A stretch of DNA of 64,000 nt from an uncultured Gemmatimonadaceae bacterium (lineage in GTDB: Bacteria; Gemmatimonadota; Gemmatimonadetes; Gemmatimonadales; GWC2-71-9). Location: NCBI GenBank assembly GCA_964571795.1, contig CAZNDK010000003.1, positions 10,644-74,643 of the forward strand, given 5' to 3'. Each line of letters starts with the position of its first letter. The first letter of the stretch is position 1. Shown piece after piece: positions 29,953 through 39,700 of the stretch. The notes under the pieces were generated by a model. The model did not search any database. It was not told the origin of the DNA and was given only the letters and a program-made list of their open reading frames with translations. Made by a program: the position numbers and the translations under genes.

Positions 29953-31416
29953 ATGCGACCCGCGAAGATCCCGCTGCTGCTGATGTGGCTTGCGCTCCCG
30001 GTGGTGGCCGGCGCGCAGGGCCCACGGCCCGAAGGCAGCCTTCCTGCGGGGCTGCCGGGCGCGACGATGACGGTTGCCGCACCGGGACGAGGGTCCGCCG
30101 ACAGCCTTCCGTGCCCCGAATGCGATCCGCCGAAGCGCTTCTGGTTCGGGGCCGCCGACCTGATGCTGATGCAGTTTATCCCGTGGGTGCCGAACGCCAT
30201 CCTCAGGGACCAGGTCTGGGCCCAGGTGGGCCCCCAGACTTGGAAGAACAACCTGGTGTATCCCTGGCAGTGGGACGACAACTCGTTCATGAACAACCAG
30301 TTCGGGCATCCGTACCACGGCAGCACCTACTACAACTCCGGCCGGACCAACGGGTACGACTTCTGGGCATCGGGGCTCTGGTCATTCGGGGGGAGCCTGA
30401 TGTGGGAGCTGTTCTTCGAGGCGTGGGCGCCCGCCCCGAACGACTTCGTGAACACGAGCGTCGGCGGCATCGTGCTGGGCGAGACGCTCTACCGCCTGTC
30501 GCGATTGCCGCTGGACAACACCGCCACCGGGGGTGAGCGAGTCTGGAGGGAAGTGGCGAGCGGCCTGATCAACCCGGTGAGCGGGATCAACCGGCTGGTG
30601 CGAGGAGAGACCGGCCGGGTGAGCGCCACTCCCCCGGACTGGAGGCCGAGCGCCATCCTCGGGCTGATCGACCTCGGCTACCGCCAGACGACCCAAACCC
30701 TCAACGGCGCCGGCGAGGGGGAGTCCGGCCAGTGGAACGCGACCTTTGCGCTGTCGTATGGCGACCCGATCACCGACATGAGCCGTTCACCCTTCTCCTA
30801 CTTCGGCGTCCGGGCCGACCTGGCGGGGCCGACGAGTGGCACCCTGGTGAGCCAGTTCAGCGCCCGCGGGAGCCTGGCTGCCTGGCCCCTCAACGAAAGC
30901 CGGACGCAGCAATTCGCGCTCACGCTCGAGTACGACTACTTCAACAATCCCGCGTTCATCTACGGCGGGCAGAGCGTGCAGGCAGGGCTGGTCTCCACGT
31001 TTGGCGAGGCGGGGTCGACCTGGTGGGGCCAGACCAATGTGCTGGTCAACGGGGTCATCCTCGGTGCCACGCAATCCGACTACTATGACACGGTCGAGGG
31101 GCGGAACTACGATTACGGTCCCGGCGTCGGTACCCTTCTGGGCGCGCGCTTCCTGTACAAGAGCCGGTGGATGGGCACCGCGGCATACACCGGGCTCTGG
31201 CTGGTCACCATCGACGGCAGCGAGTCGGCCCACTTCCAGGATGCGCTCTCGATCGAGGGACGATTCTGGGCCACGCCCCGTCTCGGATTGGGAGTGAGCT
31301 ACACCGGCTACAACCGGCGGAGCGACTACGCGGGCACGGTGCCGGATGTCCACCAGTCCTCGGGATTCCTGCGGGCCTTCGTGAGCACCGCGCTGCCGGG
31401 GATGCCTCTGCCATGA
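29953..31416 (+). CDS. Secreted DUF3943-like protein, paralog 2
   Basis: Track ORF, 487 aa. GGGAGG lies upstream and the signal peptide is MRPAKIPLLLMWLALPVVAGAQG. Contains 'LPCPECDPPKRFW' and 'YPWQWDDNSFMNNQFGHPYHG'. By eye it is roughly 60-70% identical to paralog 1. Confidence 0.75.
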   Translation: MRPAKIPLLLMWLALPVVAGAQGPRPEGSLPAGLPGATMTVAAPGRGSADSLPCPECDPPKRFWFGAADLMLMQFIPWVPNAILRDQVWAQVGPQTWKNNLVYPWQWDDNSFMNNQFGHPYHGSTYYNSGRTNGYDFWASGLWSFGGSLMWELFFEAWAPAPNDFVNTSVGGIVLGETLYRLSRLPLDNTATGGERVWREVASGLINPVSGINRLVRGETGRVSATPPDWRPSAILGLIDLGYRQTTQTLNGAGEGESGQWNATFALSYGDPITDMSRSPFSYFGVRADLAGPTSGTLVSQFSARGSLAAWPLNESRTQQFALTLEYDYFNNPAFIYGGQSVQAGLVSTFGEAGSTWWGQTNVLVNGVILGATQSDYYDTVEGRNYDYGPGVGTLLGARFLYKSRWMGTAAYTGLWLVTIDGSESAHFQDALSIEGRFWATPRLGLGVSYTGYNRRSDYAGTVPDVHQSSGFLRAFVSTALPGMPLP

Positions 31417-32927
31417 TGCGATCGAGGGAAGCGATTCGAATGACTCGTGCTGTCCAAACGGTGTGCCTCGGCCTCCTGGCTCTCATGGTCCCCGCCGCAT
31501 CAGCCGTTGCCCAGGGCCCCCGGCCGGCGTCCAGCCTGTCGGCTCCGCCGCCTGGCACATCGGGCGGCGCCGTGCTCAGGCCCTGGAACGGGGCGGCCAC
31601 CCCGGCCGACTCGCTCTCGTGCCGTGACTGCAACCCTCCGAAGCGGTTCTGGGCGGCGTTCGGCGAGCTGATGCTGGTGCAGCTCATTCCACACTCGTAC
31701 AACGCCTATGTGCGAGACGCCGTGTGGGCGGAGGTGTCCGCGCAGAGTATCAAGAACAACCTCGTCTACCCGTGGGAGTGGGACGACAACGCATTCGTGA
31801 ACAACCAGTTCTCGCATCCCTATCACGGGAGCCTGTACTTCAATGCGGCCCGCACCAACGGATACGATTTCTGGGAGTCCTTCGCCTGGCCGTTTGCGGG
31901 GAGCCTGATGTGGGAAGTGGCGGGGGAGGCATGGGCCCCGGCGCCGAACGACTTCCTGAACACCAGCTTTGGCGGCGTCGTGCTCGGCGAGACGTTCTAC
32001 CGGCTCTCCTCGCTGGCGCTCGACAACACCGCAACCGGCAGCGAGCGCACCTGGCGCGAAATCGGCGCCGCGGTCCTCGACCCGATCCGTGGCTTCAACC
32101 GCCTCATCCGGGGGGAAACCCACGGGATCTCGGCCAACCCGCCGGACTGGCGCCCCAGCCGCGTCTTCGGCGTCCTCGACCTCGGCTACCGGCGGACGGC
32201 GAACTCGTTCTCGTTCGACAGCATCGAGGCGGGCACCGACCAGTGGGACGCCGCCTTCAAGTTCGCCTACGGCGACCCGGTGAAGGACCTGTCAGGAAAG
32301 CCGTTCTCCTACTTCGCGCTGGCCGCGGAAATCGCGGGCCCGCCGCCGGAAGGCGCACGGATCCTGAGCAGGCTCTCCGCGCAGGGCAGTATCGCCGCCT
32401 GGCCGCTCGGATCGTCCGGTCACCATCAGTTCGCGCTCAGCATGGAGTACGACTACTTCAGCAATCCGGCCGTGGAGTATGGCGGGCAGAGCGTGGTGGC
32501 GGGCGTCGTTTCGACCTTTGGCCACCCGGAGGACGACTTCTGGGCGCAGACCAACGTGCTCGTGGACGGAGTCATCATCGGTGCCACCCAGTCGGACTAC
32601 TATGGCACGCTCGAGGGGCGGGACTACGACTACGGCCCCGGGCTCGGCGCCCTGCTGTCCGGCCGGCTGTTCTACAAGCGGCGGCTCCAGGCCAATCTTT
32701 CCTATCTGGGCCTGTGGATTCACACCGTGAACGGGGTGGATTCCGAGCATTACCAGGATGCGCTGACGCTCGAGGGCCGATATTGGATCACCGATCGGAT
32801 CGGGGCAGGCCTCAGCGGCACCCGGTATTCCCGGCACAGCGTCTACGCCGACCAGGCGGACGTGTCGCAGGATGCCGGCCTCTTTCGTGCGTTCGTGAGC
32901 ACCTCGCTTCCGGGGCTGCCGCAATGA
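31413..32927 (+). CDS. Secreted DUF3943-like protein, paralog 3 (most divergent)
   Basis: Tail of track ORF 31167-32927 from the ATG at 31413 (ATGA overlap with paralog 2). Signal peptide '...VCLGLLALMVPAASAVAQG'. Contains 'LSCRDCNPPKRFW' and 'YPWEWDDNAFVNNQFSHPYHG'. Confidence 0.7.
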   Translation: MMRSREAIRMTRAVQTVCLGLLALMVPAASAVAQGPRPASSLSAPPPGTSGGAVLRPWNGAATPADSLSCRDCNPPKRFWAAFGELMLVQLIPHSYNAYVRDAVWAEVSAQSIKNNLVYPWEWDDNAFVNNQFSHPYHGSLYFNAARTNGYDFWESFAWPFAGSLMWEVAGEAWAPAPNDFLNTSFGGVVLGETFYRLSSLALDNTATGSERTWREIGAAVLDPIRGFNRLIRGETHGISANPPDWRPSRVFGVLDLGYRRTANSFSFDSIEAGTDQWDAAFKFAYGDPVKDLSGKPFSYFALAAEIAGPPPEGARILSRLSAQGSIAAWPLGSSGHHQFALSMEYDYFSNPAVEYGGQSVVAGVVSTFGHPEDDFWAQTNVLVDGVIIGATQSDYYGTLEGRDYDYGPGLGALLSGRLFYKRRLQANLSYLGLWIHTVNGVDSEHYQDALTLEGRYWITDRIGAGLSGTRYSRHSVYADQADVSQDAGLFRAFVSTSLPGLPQ

Positions 32928-33370
32928 CCGGAACTTCGGGCAGGAGGGTTCAGATGACCAGGAATTGGGGAATGCGGACGGCGGCGCTGGTCGCGGTGCT
33001 GGCCGGCCTGTCCTGCGACAACCCGGCCGAGACGCTCGGCCCCGACAACCACGTGCAGGTCGTCAACCAGGTCGGGCATTTCCAGCTGACGGCGGACAAC
33101 ATCCAGAACGTGACGACCGAGCTCACGTTCGCGTGGCAGAACCCCGGGATCTACGCCGCCATCCAGCACCTGAGCTTCACGCCGCACGGGACGACGCTGC
33201 TCATCATCACGGACGCCGACGGCACCGAGGTGTACAACGGGAAGCTGTTGTACCAGCTCGACGACCGGACGCTCAACGGTACTCCGGGCGCCTGGACGGT
33301 CCGGTTCAGTCTCGACCAGAGCGTCGGACAGATCGACGTCATCCTCGACGCCGCGTATCCGCCGGACTGA
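32924..33370 (+). CDS. Small probable lipoprotein (up to 148 aa), hypothetical
   Basis: Tail of track ORF 31724-33370. The ATG at 32924 overlaps the paralog-3 stop. Alternative ATGs at 32954 and 32972 give MRTAALVAVLAGLSC (lipobox-like). The mature part is beta-rich. Confidence 0.55.
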   Translation: MTGTSGRRVQMTRNWGMRTAALVAVLAGLSCDNPAETLGPDNHVQVVNQVGHFQLTADNIQNVTTELTFAWQNPGIYAAIQHLSFTPHGTTLLIITDADGTEVYNGKLLYQLDDRTLNGTPGAWTVRFSLDQSVGQIDVILDAAYPPD

Positions 33371-33384
33371 ACGCGCGCCGGGGG

Positions 33385-34734
33385 CTACTCGGCGCCGGCC
33401 ACGGTCACCAGGCTGGTGAAGCCTTCCGGGCTCACGCTCGCCACGCCGAAGAACCAGTTGTCCACCACCAGACCCTCGAAGCGATGGCTGGTGGCCCGCC
33501 CGACGTCCTCCCAGTGGTCCCACGTCGGCGCATCCGTGCGCCTCCAGTACACGCGATACCCGGCCACGGAGGCCGAATCGGGCGGCGGCGCCCAGCTGAG
33601 GGTGGCCGCGGGTTGCACTGCGCCAGCGAGGCGCACGCCGCGCGGCGCCCCCGGAGCCCAGGACAGCGAGGCGAGCACGGCCGCATCCAGGGCGGTGATC
33701 TTTCGTGCGTAGTTGAAATCGACCCCCTCGATCACGTCGCCGTAGGCCACGCCCCCCTCCTGCCGGATGTCCTGGTGTTGGCGAGCGTAGTTCTCGTGGG
33801 CCTCCATCAGGCGCACCGCCGGATAGCCGAGGTCGGCAAAGGGCCGGTGGTGCCCGCCGCGGCCGTACCGGTCGAGGCGGTAGATGAGCCACACATCGAG
33901 GGCGGGGAAGTAGCGATCGCCCACCGCCTTGACGTAGCGCGCCAGCTGGCGGGACGCGCCGTCCACTTCGCCCCCGGTGGCCCGGCGGGCTCGCCGGGAG
34001 GAGTCGCTCTCCGTGGGCGAGGTGCCCTCCGAGAACACCCGTACCATCGCGGTGTCGCGGATGCCGTCGCTGCCTTCAACGTTGCCCACCATGTCGTTGT
34101 TGATCACGCCGGTCATTCGCCACCCGCGCGATTGCGCCATGGCGGCCACGGTGCGCCCGCCGAGGAGGCCGTTCTCCTCGCCGGCGAGCGCGGCGTACAC
34201 GATCGAGCCGCGAAAGCGGTGGGGAGACAGGACGCGGGCCGCCTCGAGGACGGCCGCGACGCCGCTGGCGTTGTCGTTGGCGCCGGGGCTGGAGTCGGTG
34301 GCGTTCATGATGTCCGACACCCGGCTGTCGATGTCGCCGCTCAGCAGGACGTACCGTCCCGGGTCCTCGGCCCCGCGCTGGATGGCGATCACGCTCACCA
34401 CGTTCGTCGGCCCCGGCACCCGCGGCAGCCCCTGGTAGACTTCCCCGACGTCCAGCACCTCAAGGCAGCCGCCGCACCCGCGGGAAATCCGCTCGAACTC
34501 GGCGTGGATCCACCGGCGCGCCGCACCGATGCCGCGTGTGGGGGACAGCGTGTCGCTGAGCGTATGCCGCGTGCCGAAACCGACGAGCGTCCGGACGTCC
34601 GCCTCGAGGCGCCGGGCGGAGGTGGCGGCGATGATGGGTTCCAGCGTCGTGGTTGTCAGGTCGTGCGGGGCCTGGGCGGGCAGGCTGGAGGCCTGGAGCA
34701 ACTGGACGGCGACAATGGTCAGGCACAGGCGCAC
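33385..34734 (-). CDS. M28 family metallopeptidase with a C-terminal fibronectin-III-like domain
   Basis: Track ORF 33385-34905 trimmed to the GTG at 34732-34734 (VRLCLTIVAVQLLQASSLPAQA). Contains 'GANDNASGVAAVLE', 'AGEENGLLG' and 'NNDMVG'. The C-terminal 'TLSWAPPPDSASVAGYRVYWR' is FN3-like. Confidence 0.8.
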   Translation of the reverse strand: MRLCLTIVAVQLLQASSLPAQAPHDLTTTTLEPIIAATSARRLEADVRTLVGFGTRHTLSDTLSPTRGIGAARRWIHAEFERISRGCGGCLEVLDVGEVYQGLPRVPGPTNVVSVIAIQRGAEDPGRYVLLSGDIDSRVSDIMNATDSSPGANDNASGVAAVLEAARVLSPHRFRGSIVYAALAGEENGLLGGRTVAAMAQSRGWRMTGVINNDMVGNVEGSDGIRDTAMVRVFSEGTSPTESDSSRRARRATGGEVDGASRQLARYVKAVGDRYFPALDVWLIYRLDRYGRGGHHRPFADLGYPAVRLMEAHENYARQHQDIRQEGGVAYGDVIEGVDFNYARKITALDAAVLASLSWAPGAPRGVRLAGAVQPAATLSWAPPPDSASVAGYRVYWRRTDAPTWDHWEDVGRATSHRFEGLVVDNWFFGVASVSPEGFTSLVTVAGAE

Positions 34735-34862
34735 GGTGGGCCTCCGGTGACGGGATTCCTGTCTGGATTCTAGCGCCGATTCCAGTCCTTGCCGACCCGC
34801 CCGCCCGGCGTGATCTTCCGGTCCAGGCACGTCCCACCGCCGCTCCGCTCCCTGGAGGCTCC

Positions 34863-35603
34863 CTGCGCCCCACCCGCGCTGCCCTCGCCGCCCAGCTGGT
34901 GGCACTCGCTGCCTGTTCCCACCCGTTGCCGACGGTCACTTACCGCTGCGAGGGAGGCGACTCGATCGTCGCGGGATTCGGGCCGCGGTTCGCCGAACTG
35001 CACCTGCCACCGGATCGTGTCCTCCGGCTGCCTCCGGTGCCGGCGGCATCCGGAGCCCGATACAGCGATGGGCGATACGCGCTGCACACCAAGGGGGATG
35101 AAGCGGTGCTGGAGCGGGGCGGGGCGCCGCTCCTGACGGGCTGCCGTTCGAAGGGCGCCGCGCCACTGCCGGACACGGCGCTGACGCCGCTGCGCGCCCG
35201 GGCGGTGGCGGAGTCGCTCGACGCCACCCTCGTCAGCGTCAAGCCGGCCGAGCGGACCCTGCAGCCGGAGCAGCGCGGATGGCGGCCCCGTGTCCTCAGC
35301 CTCTGGGCCGAGAGCGGGCGCCCGGTCAAGCTCCGCGTCACCGACGCGGTGGCCACCGGCGTCACGCCCGGATTCACCGATTACTACTTCGTCGACGGGC
35401 TTCTGCAGGTCGTGCGGGGCCCTGTGACGCAGTACGTCTTCCGCGACACCACCCTGATCTTCTGGACCACCGACTCCCTCCAGCCAGTGGCGGATGTCCC
35501 GCTACGCGACATGGCGGCCCGGCAGAACTTCGTCCTCGGTGAGGTGCGTCAGTACCTGGCCATGTTCGGAGTCGAACAGGAACCGGGGGCGGCACCGCCA
35601 TGA
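34863..35603 (+). CDS. MliC-like (C-type lysozyme inhibitor fold) lipoprotein with an extra C-terminal domain; start codon unresolved (CTG proposed)
   Basis: Track ORF 34653-35603. Contains lipobox 'LVALAAC' and MliC-like 'YRCEGGDSIVAGFG...ASGARYSDGRYALHTKGDEAVLE'. No ATG/GTG/TTG lies between the divergent M28 start and the lipobox. GGAGG precedes the CTG at 34863. Confidence 0.55.
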   Translation: MRPTRAALAAQLVALAACSHPLPTVTYRCEGGDSIVAGFGPRFAELHLPPDRVLRLPPVPAASGARYSDGRYALHTKGDEAVLERGGAPLLTGCRSKGAAPLPDTALTPLRARAVAESLDATLVSVKPAERTLQPEQRGWRPRVLSLWAESGRPVKLRVTDAVATGVTPGFTDYYFVDGLLQVVRGPVTQYVFRDTTLIFWTTDSLQPVADVPLRDMAARQNFVLGEVRQYLAMFGVEQEPGAAPP

Positions 35604-35971
35604 CCCACTTCCTCGGCCTCAGAACCGCCAAGTACACCGCCCGCGACCTGGGGACCGCCAGGGCCTGGTATGCCACGGTGCTCGGGGTCGCTCCCTACTT
35701 CGACGAGCCGTTCTACGTGGGCTTCAACGTGGGCGGCTTCGAGCTGGGCATCACGCCAGATGACGCAGCGGCGCTGGAGCGCCCGGAGTCCGGGGTCGCA
35801 TACTGGGGAGTGACCGACGCCGTGGCGGCCGCGGCGCGGCTCGTGGAGCTCGGGGCGGCGCCGTTCGAGCCGGTCACGGATGTGGGCGGAGGCATCAGGA
35901 TCGGCGCGGTGCGCGACCCCTTCGGCAATATCCTCGGCGTGATCGAGAATCCGGGCTTCAAGGCGGAGTGA
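35600..35971 (+). CDS. VOC (glyoxalase/bleomycin-resistance fold) family protein
   Basis: Track ORF, 123 aa. Contains 'YATVLG', 'VAYWGVTD' and 'VRDPFGNILGVIE'. ATGA overlap with the upstream gene. Confidence 0.8.
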   Translation: MTHFLGLRTAKYTARDLGTARAWYATVLGVAPYFDEPFYVGFNVGGFELGITPDDAAALERPESGVAYWGVTDAVAAAARLVELGAAPFEPVTDVGGGIRIGAVRDPFGNILGVIENPGFKAE

Positions 35972-35978
35972 GGGACTC

Positions 35979-36203
35979 ATGGAAAAGCGACCGCAGACCT
36001 GGGAGGGGAAGGAGATCGTCGTCACCTTCGACCCCAACGTGTGCATTCACTCCGGCGATTGCGTCCGGGGCCTGCCGGCCGTCTTCGACGTCCGGCTTCG
36101 ACGCTGGGTCCAGCCGGACAACGCCCCGGCAGGACAGGTGGCGGACCAGGTCCGCCGCTGCCCCTCCGGGGCGCTGCAATTCCGGATGAAGGACGAAGGC
36201 TAG
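35979..36203 (+). CDS. Divergent 4Fe-4S mono-cluster (DUF1271-like) protein
   Basis: Track ORF, 74 aa. The pattern 'VTFDPNVCIHSGDCVRGLPAVF...RCPSGAL' fits this family as I recall it. Confidence 0.68.
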   Translation: MEKRPQTWEGKEIVVTFDPNVCIHSGDCVRGLPAVFDVRLRRWVQPDNAPAGQVADQVRRCPSGALQFRMKDEG

Positions 36204-36625
36204 TAAGGCTTCGGCGGATCTCCCTGCGGAGGCGCACCCTGCGGCGGGCCGCCCTGCATCCGCTGCTGCATCTGCTGCTGGATCGCGGCCACGTTCTTGT
36301 CGTAGATGGCCTGCTGATCGGGGGTGAGGACGCCGCGGACGTCCTTGAGGGAAGCGCTCATCAGGCCCATCGCCTTCTGGCGGTCGGCGTCGCTGGGCGG
36401 CGTGCCCGGGGTCATCTGCGGCATCTTGGCCCGGTAACTCGCGGTGATCGAGTCGACCTTGGCCTGCTGCGCCGGAGTGAGGGTGATGCCCTGGAGCGCC
36501 GCCGCCTGCATCCGACCAGGTCCCCTCGGCGTGGAGGGCGTACCAGGGGTCTGCGCTGAGACGGGGGATGCGGCGGCCAGGCCAGCCGCGAGCAAGGTCA
36601 GTGACGCGATGGAGCGGATTCGCAT
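36200..36625 (-). CDS. Periplasmic Spy/CpxP-like protein (LTPxQ repeats)
   Basis: Track ORF 36200-36709 trimmed to MRIRSIASLTLLAAGLAAASPVSAQ (AGGAGG 5 nt upstream). Contains 'LTPAQQAKV' and 'LTPDQQAIY'. Its stop codon overlaps the stop of the convergent gene (CTAG). Confidence 0.62.
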   Translation of the reverse strand: MRIRSIASLTLLAAGLAAASPVSAQTPGTPSTPRGPGRMQAAALQGITLTPAQQAKVDSITASYRAKMPQMTPGTPPSDADRQKAMGLMSASLKDVRGVLTPDQQAIYDKNVAAIQQQMQQRMQGGPPQGAPPQGDPPKPY

Positions 36626-36753
36626 GGAACCTCCTAGGGGAGTCGAGAGAGTTGTGCGACTGATACGCGCGACGAGGGGAATTCGTTGACACCTCAAGCG
36701 TAACTTCATGTCTCAACCGATAATATCAACTACCTCAATTGGTTACAGGGTTC
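36626..36753. promoter_or_regulatory. AT-rich divergent intergenic region (candidate promoters)
   Basis: About 50% AT in a ~70% GC context between divergent starts. It contains TTGACA (about 36686-36691) and TAATAT (36721-36726), but their spacing does not fit one sigma70 promoter. Confidence 0.3.
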
Positions 36754-39700
36754 ATGCACATCCGTCACACCCGACCATCCACTGGGCGGTTCCTCGCCTC
36801 GACCTCGAGGTCTTCGGCCCTTATTGCCCTCGCGATGGGGCTCATCTGCTCAACCGCAGCGGCCCAGGAGCCGGTCTACCGCACCGGCACTTGGCCCGCC
36901 GACTCGTTCGGCAATCACCGCGTAGTGCTGACGGTGGCCGCGGCGGCTCCCGCCGTCTGGGCCCACCTCCCCTGGCGTCGCCCCGATCTTAGCCCCGACC
37001 AGAAGGGTGTCTGGGTGGTCGACGCCCGGACCGGCCGGCGGATCTTGAACGTGTTTCGCGGCTCCATCACGCGGGAGTCGGGGGACATCGCCTTCGAGCC
37101 CACCAGCGGCCCAGGCGAGTACTACGTCTACTACCTCCGGTATGCCGGCTCCGTAACCTCGAACTATCCGAAGCTCACGTATCCCGGGCCCGACTCGACG
37201 GCCTCCGCCGCCTGGCTGGCGCTGTTCAACCCGCTCCAGCTGGACCGCCTGCCGCCGGCCCGGGTCGTCGCCTTCGAGTCCGCGGACACCCTCGACTCCT
37301 TCTACCCGATGCAGGTCATCGCCACCCGGGCGGAGACCGAACGGGTCCTCGGACAGGCATCCGGAGCTCGCTTCCTGGTCTTCCCGGAGGACCGCACCCA
37401 CCCCATCGTCATGCCGGCGGACCTCCCGCTGCGCTGGGTGAGTCGCACTGGGCCCCCGTCTTTCACCGGAACCGCCTCCCGCGGGGAGTTCTACGCCTTC
37501 CAACTCGGCGTCTGGGCCGCCAGGGCGCCGCTCTCCGATGTTCGCGTCGCGTTTGAGCCGCTCACTGGCCCCGCCGGATCGATTCCCGCCGACGGATTCC
37601 GCTGTTTCAACCAGGGCGGGGTGGATTGGCGAGGACGGGGCTTCAGCACCCCCGTCCACGTGCCACAGGGCAGAATCCAGCCGCTCTGGTGCGGCGTGCA
37701 GGTGCCGCTCGGTGCCCGGCCCGGCGAGTACCGCGGCCGCCTCACGGTCGGCGCGACCGGAACTCCGGGGGTGCCGGTCTCGATCGCACTCATCGTCACG
37801 CCGGACACGATTCGCAACGCCGGCGCCGATGAGCCATGGCGCCTCGCGCGCCTCGCCTGGCTCGATTCCCGGCTGGAAGAAGACCACGGCATCGTGCCGC
37901 CGTACACGCCCGTCTCGCGGCGCGGCGACACGCTCGGCGTCCTCGGTCGTCAGTTGGTACTCGGCAAGGACGGCCTGCCGTCCGCACTCCGGAGCTTCTA
38001 CACCCTGGAGATGACCTCGATCGGCACCCAGGGCCGGAGCCTCCTCGCTGGGCCGGTCCGGCTGGTGGCCGAGGACGCCGACGGGCGTGAGCTCACATGG
38101 ACGCCCGGCGGCTTCCGGATCGTGGAACACGACACGGGCATGTTCGCGTGGCAGGCCGCCAGCACCGCCGGGCCGCTACGGATGGCGCTCAGCGGAAGCC
38201 TCGAATTCGACGGCAACGCGGAGTTTGCCATGGCGCTCACTGCCAATGCCGCCGTGGCGCTTCGGGACATCCGGCTCGAAATCCCGCTCCGCCCCGACGT
38301 CGCCAAGTACATGATGGGGCTCGGCGTGAAGGGCGGCCGCCGGCCCGACTCGCTCGACTGGGCCTGGGAGGTCAAGCACAACCAGGACGGCGCCTGGCTG
38401 GGCGACGTCAACGCTGGTGTCCAGTTCAGCCTCAAGGATGACAACTACAGCCGGCCGCTGAATACCAACTTCTACCTGTCCAAGCCGCTCATAATGCCGG
38501 CGTCGTGGGCCAACGCGGGGCGGGGGGGGTGCCGGCTCCGCGCGCGGAAAGAGGCGTACACCGTCGTCTGCTACAGTGGCGCCCGGACCATGGCGGCGGG
38601 CGAGGTGCAGCACTACGACTTCCGGCTCCTCCTCACGCCGTTCCACCCGATCGACACCAAGGCGCAGTGGGCCACCCGGTACTTCCACGCCTATGTGCCG
38701 CTCGACTCGGTGGCGAAGATGGGCGCCAACACGGTGAACGTGCACCACGCCACCGCCATCAACCCCTTCATCAACTACCCGTTCCTGCGCCCCGGGGCGA
38801 TGAAGGACTACGTGGACAGCGCGCACGCCATGGGCATCCGGGTGAAGATCTACTACACGGTGCGGGAGCTGACCAACCACGCCCCGGAGATTCCCGCGCT
38901 CCGCAGCCTGGGGACGGAGGTCATCGCCCCCGGCCCCGGCGGGGGCGCCTCCTGGCTGCAGGAGCATCTCGATACCAACTACATCGGCGGCTGGTACGTG
39001 CCCCCGATCCGCGACGCCGCGGTGGTGAACACCGGCATTTCGCGCTGGCACAACTTCTACGTCGAAGGGCTCGACTGGCTGGTGGAGAACGTCGGGATCG
39101 ACGGCCTCTACATCGACGACGTCGCTTTCGACCGGAGCATCATGGTCCGGGTGCGAAAAGCGCTCACCCGGGGCCGGCCGGCGCCGCTCATCGACCTCCA
39201 CTCCGCCAACCAGTACAACCCGCGCGACGGCTTCGCCAGCAGCGCGAACCTCTACCTCGAGCACTTCCCGTTCATCGACCGGCTCTGGTTCGGCGAGTAC
39301 TTCGACTACAACGCCTCGCCCGACTACTGGCTGGTCGAGATGTCGGGCATTCCGTATGGCCTGATGGGCGAGATGCTGGAGGGCGGCGGCAACCCCTGGC
39401 GCGGGATGCTCTTCGGCATGACGAACCGGCTCCCGTGGTCGGGCGACCCGCGGGAGCTCTGGAAGTTCTGGGACACGTGGAGGATCCAGGACACCCGGAT
39501 GATCGGCTTCTGGGTTCCAGGCTCCCCGGTCCGGACCGGGCGGCCCGACGTGCTGGCCACCGTGTACCAGGGGCAGGGGCGCAGCATCGTGGCCGTGGCA
39601 AGCTGGGCGCCCGATACCGCCCGGGCCCTGCTGGCCGTAGACTGGAACCGCCTCGGCCTCGACCCGGCACGGGCCCGCGTGGTGGCGCCGGCGCTCCCGG

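Noticed and set aside
28393-32927. ~1.5-kb periodic nucleotide similarity that could be mistaken for a repeat array or CRISPR-like structure.
   Set aside because: The periodicity is explained entirely by three paralogous protein-coding genes. There are no short direct repeats with unique spacers anywhere in the window.
34653-34862. TTG at 34653 as the start of the MliC-like lipoprotein ORF (as in the track).
   Set aside because: It would overlap the divergent M28 peptidase N-terminus by ~80 nt. It would also add a 70-aa Arg/Gly-rich leader before the signal peptide, so it is implausible.
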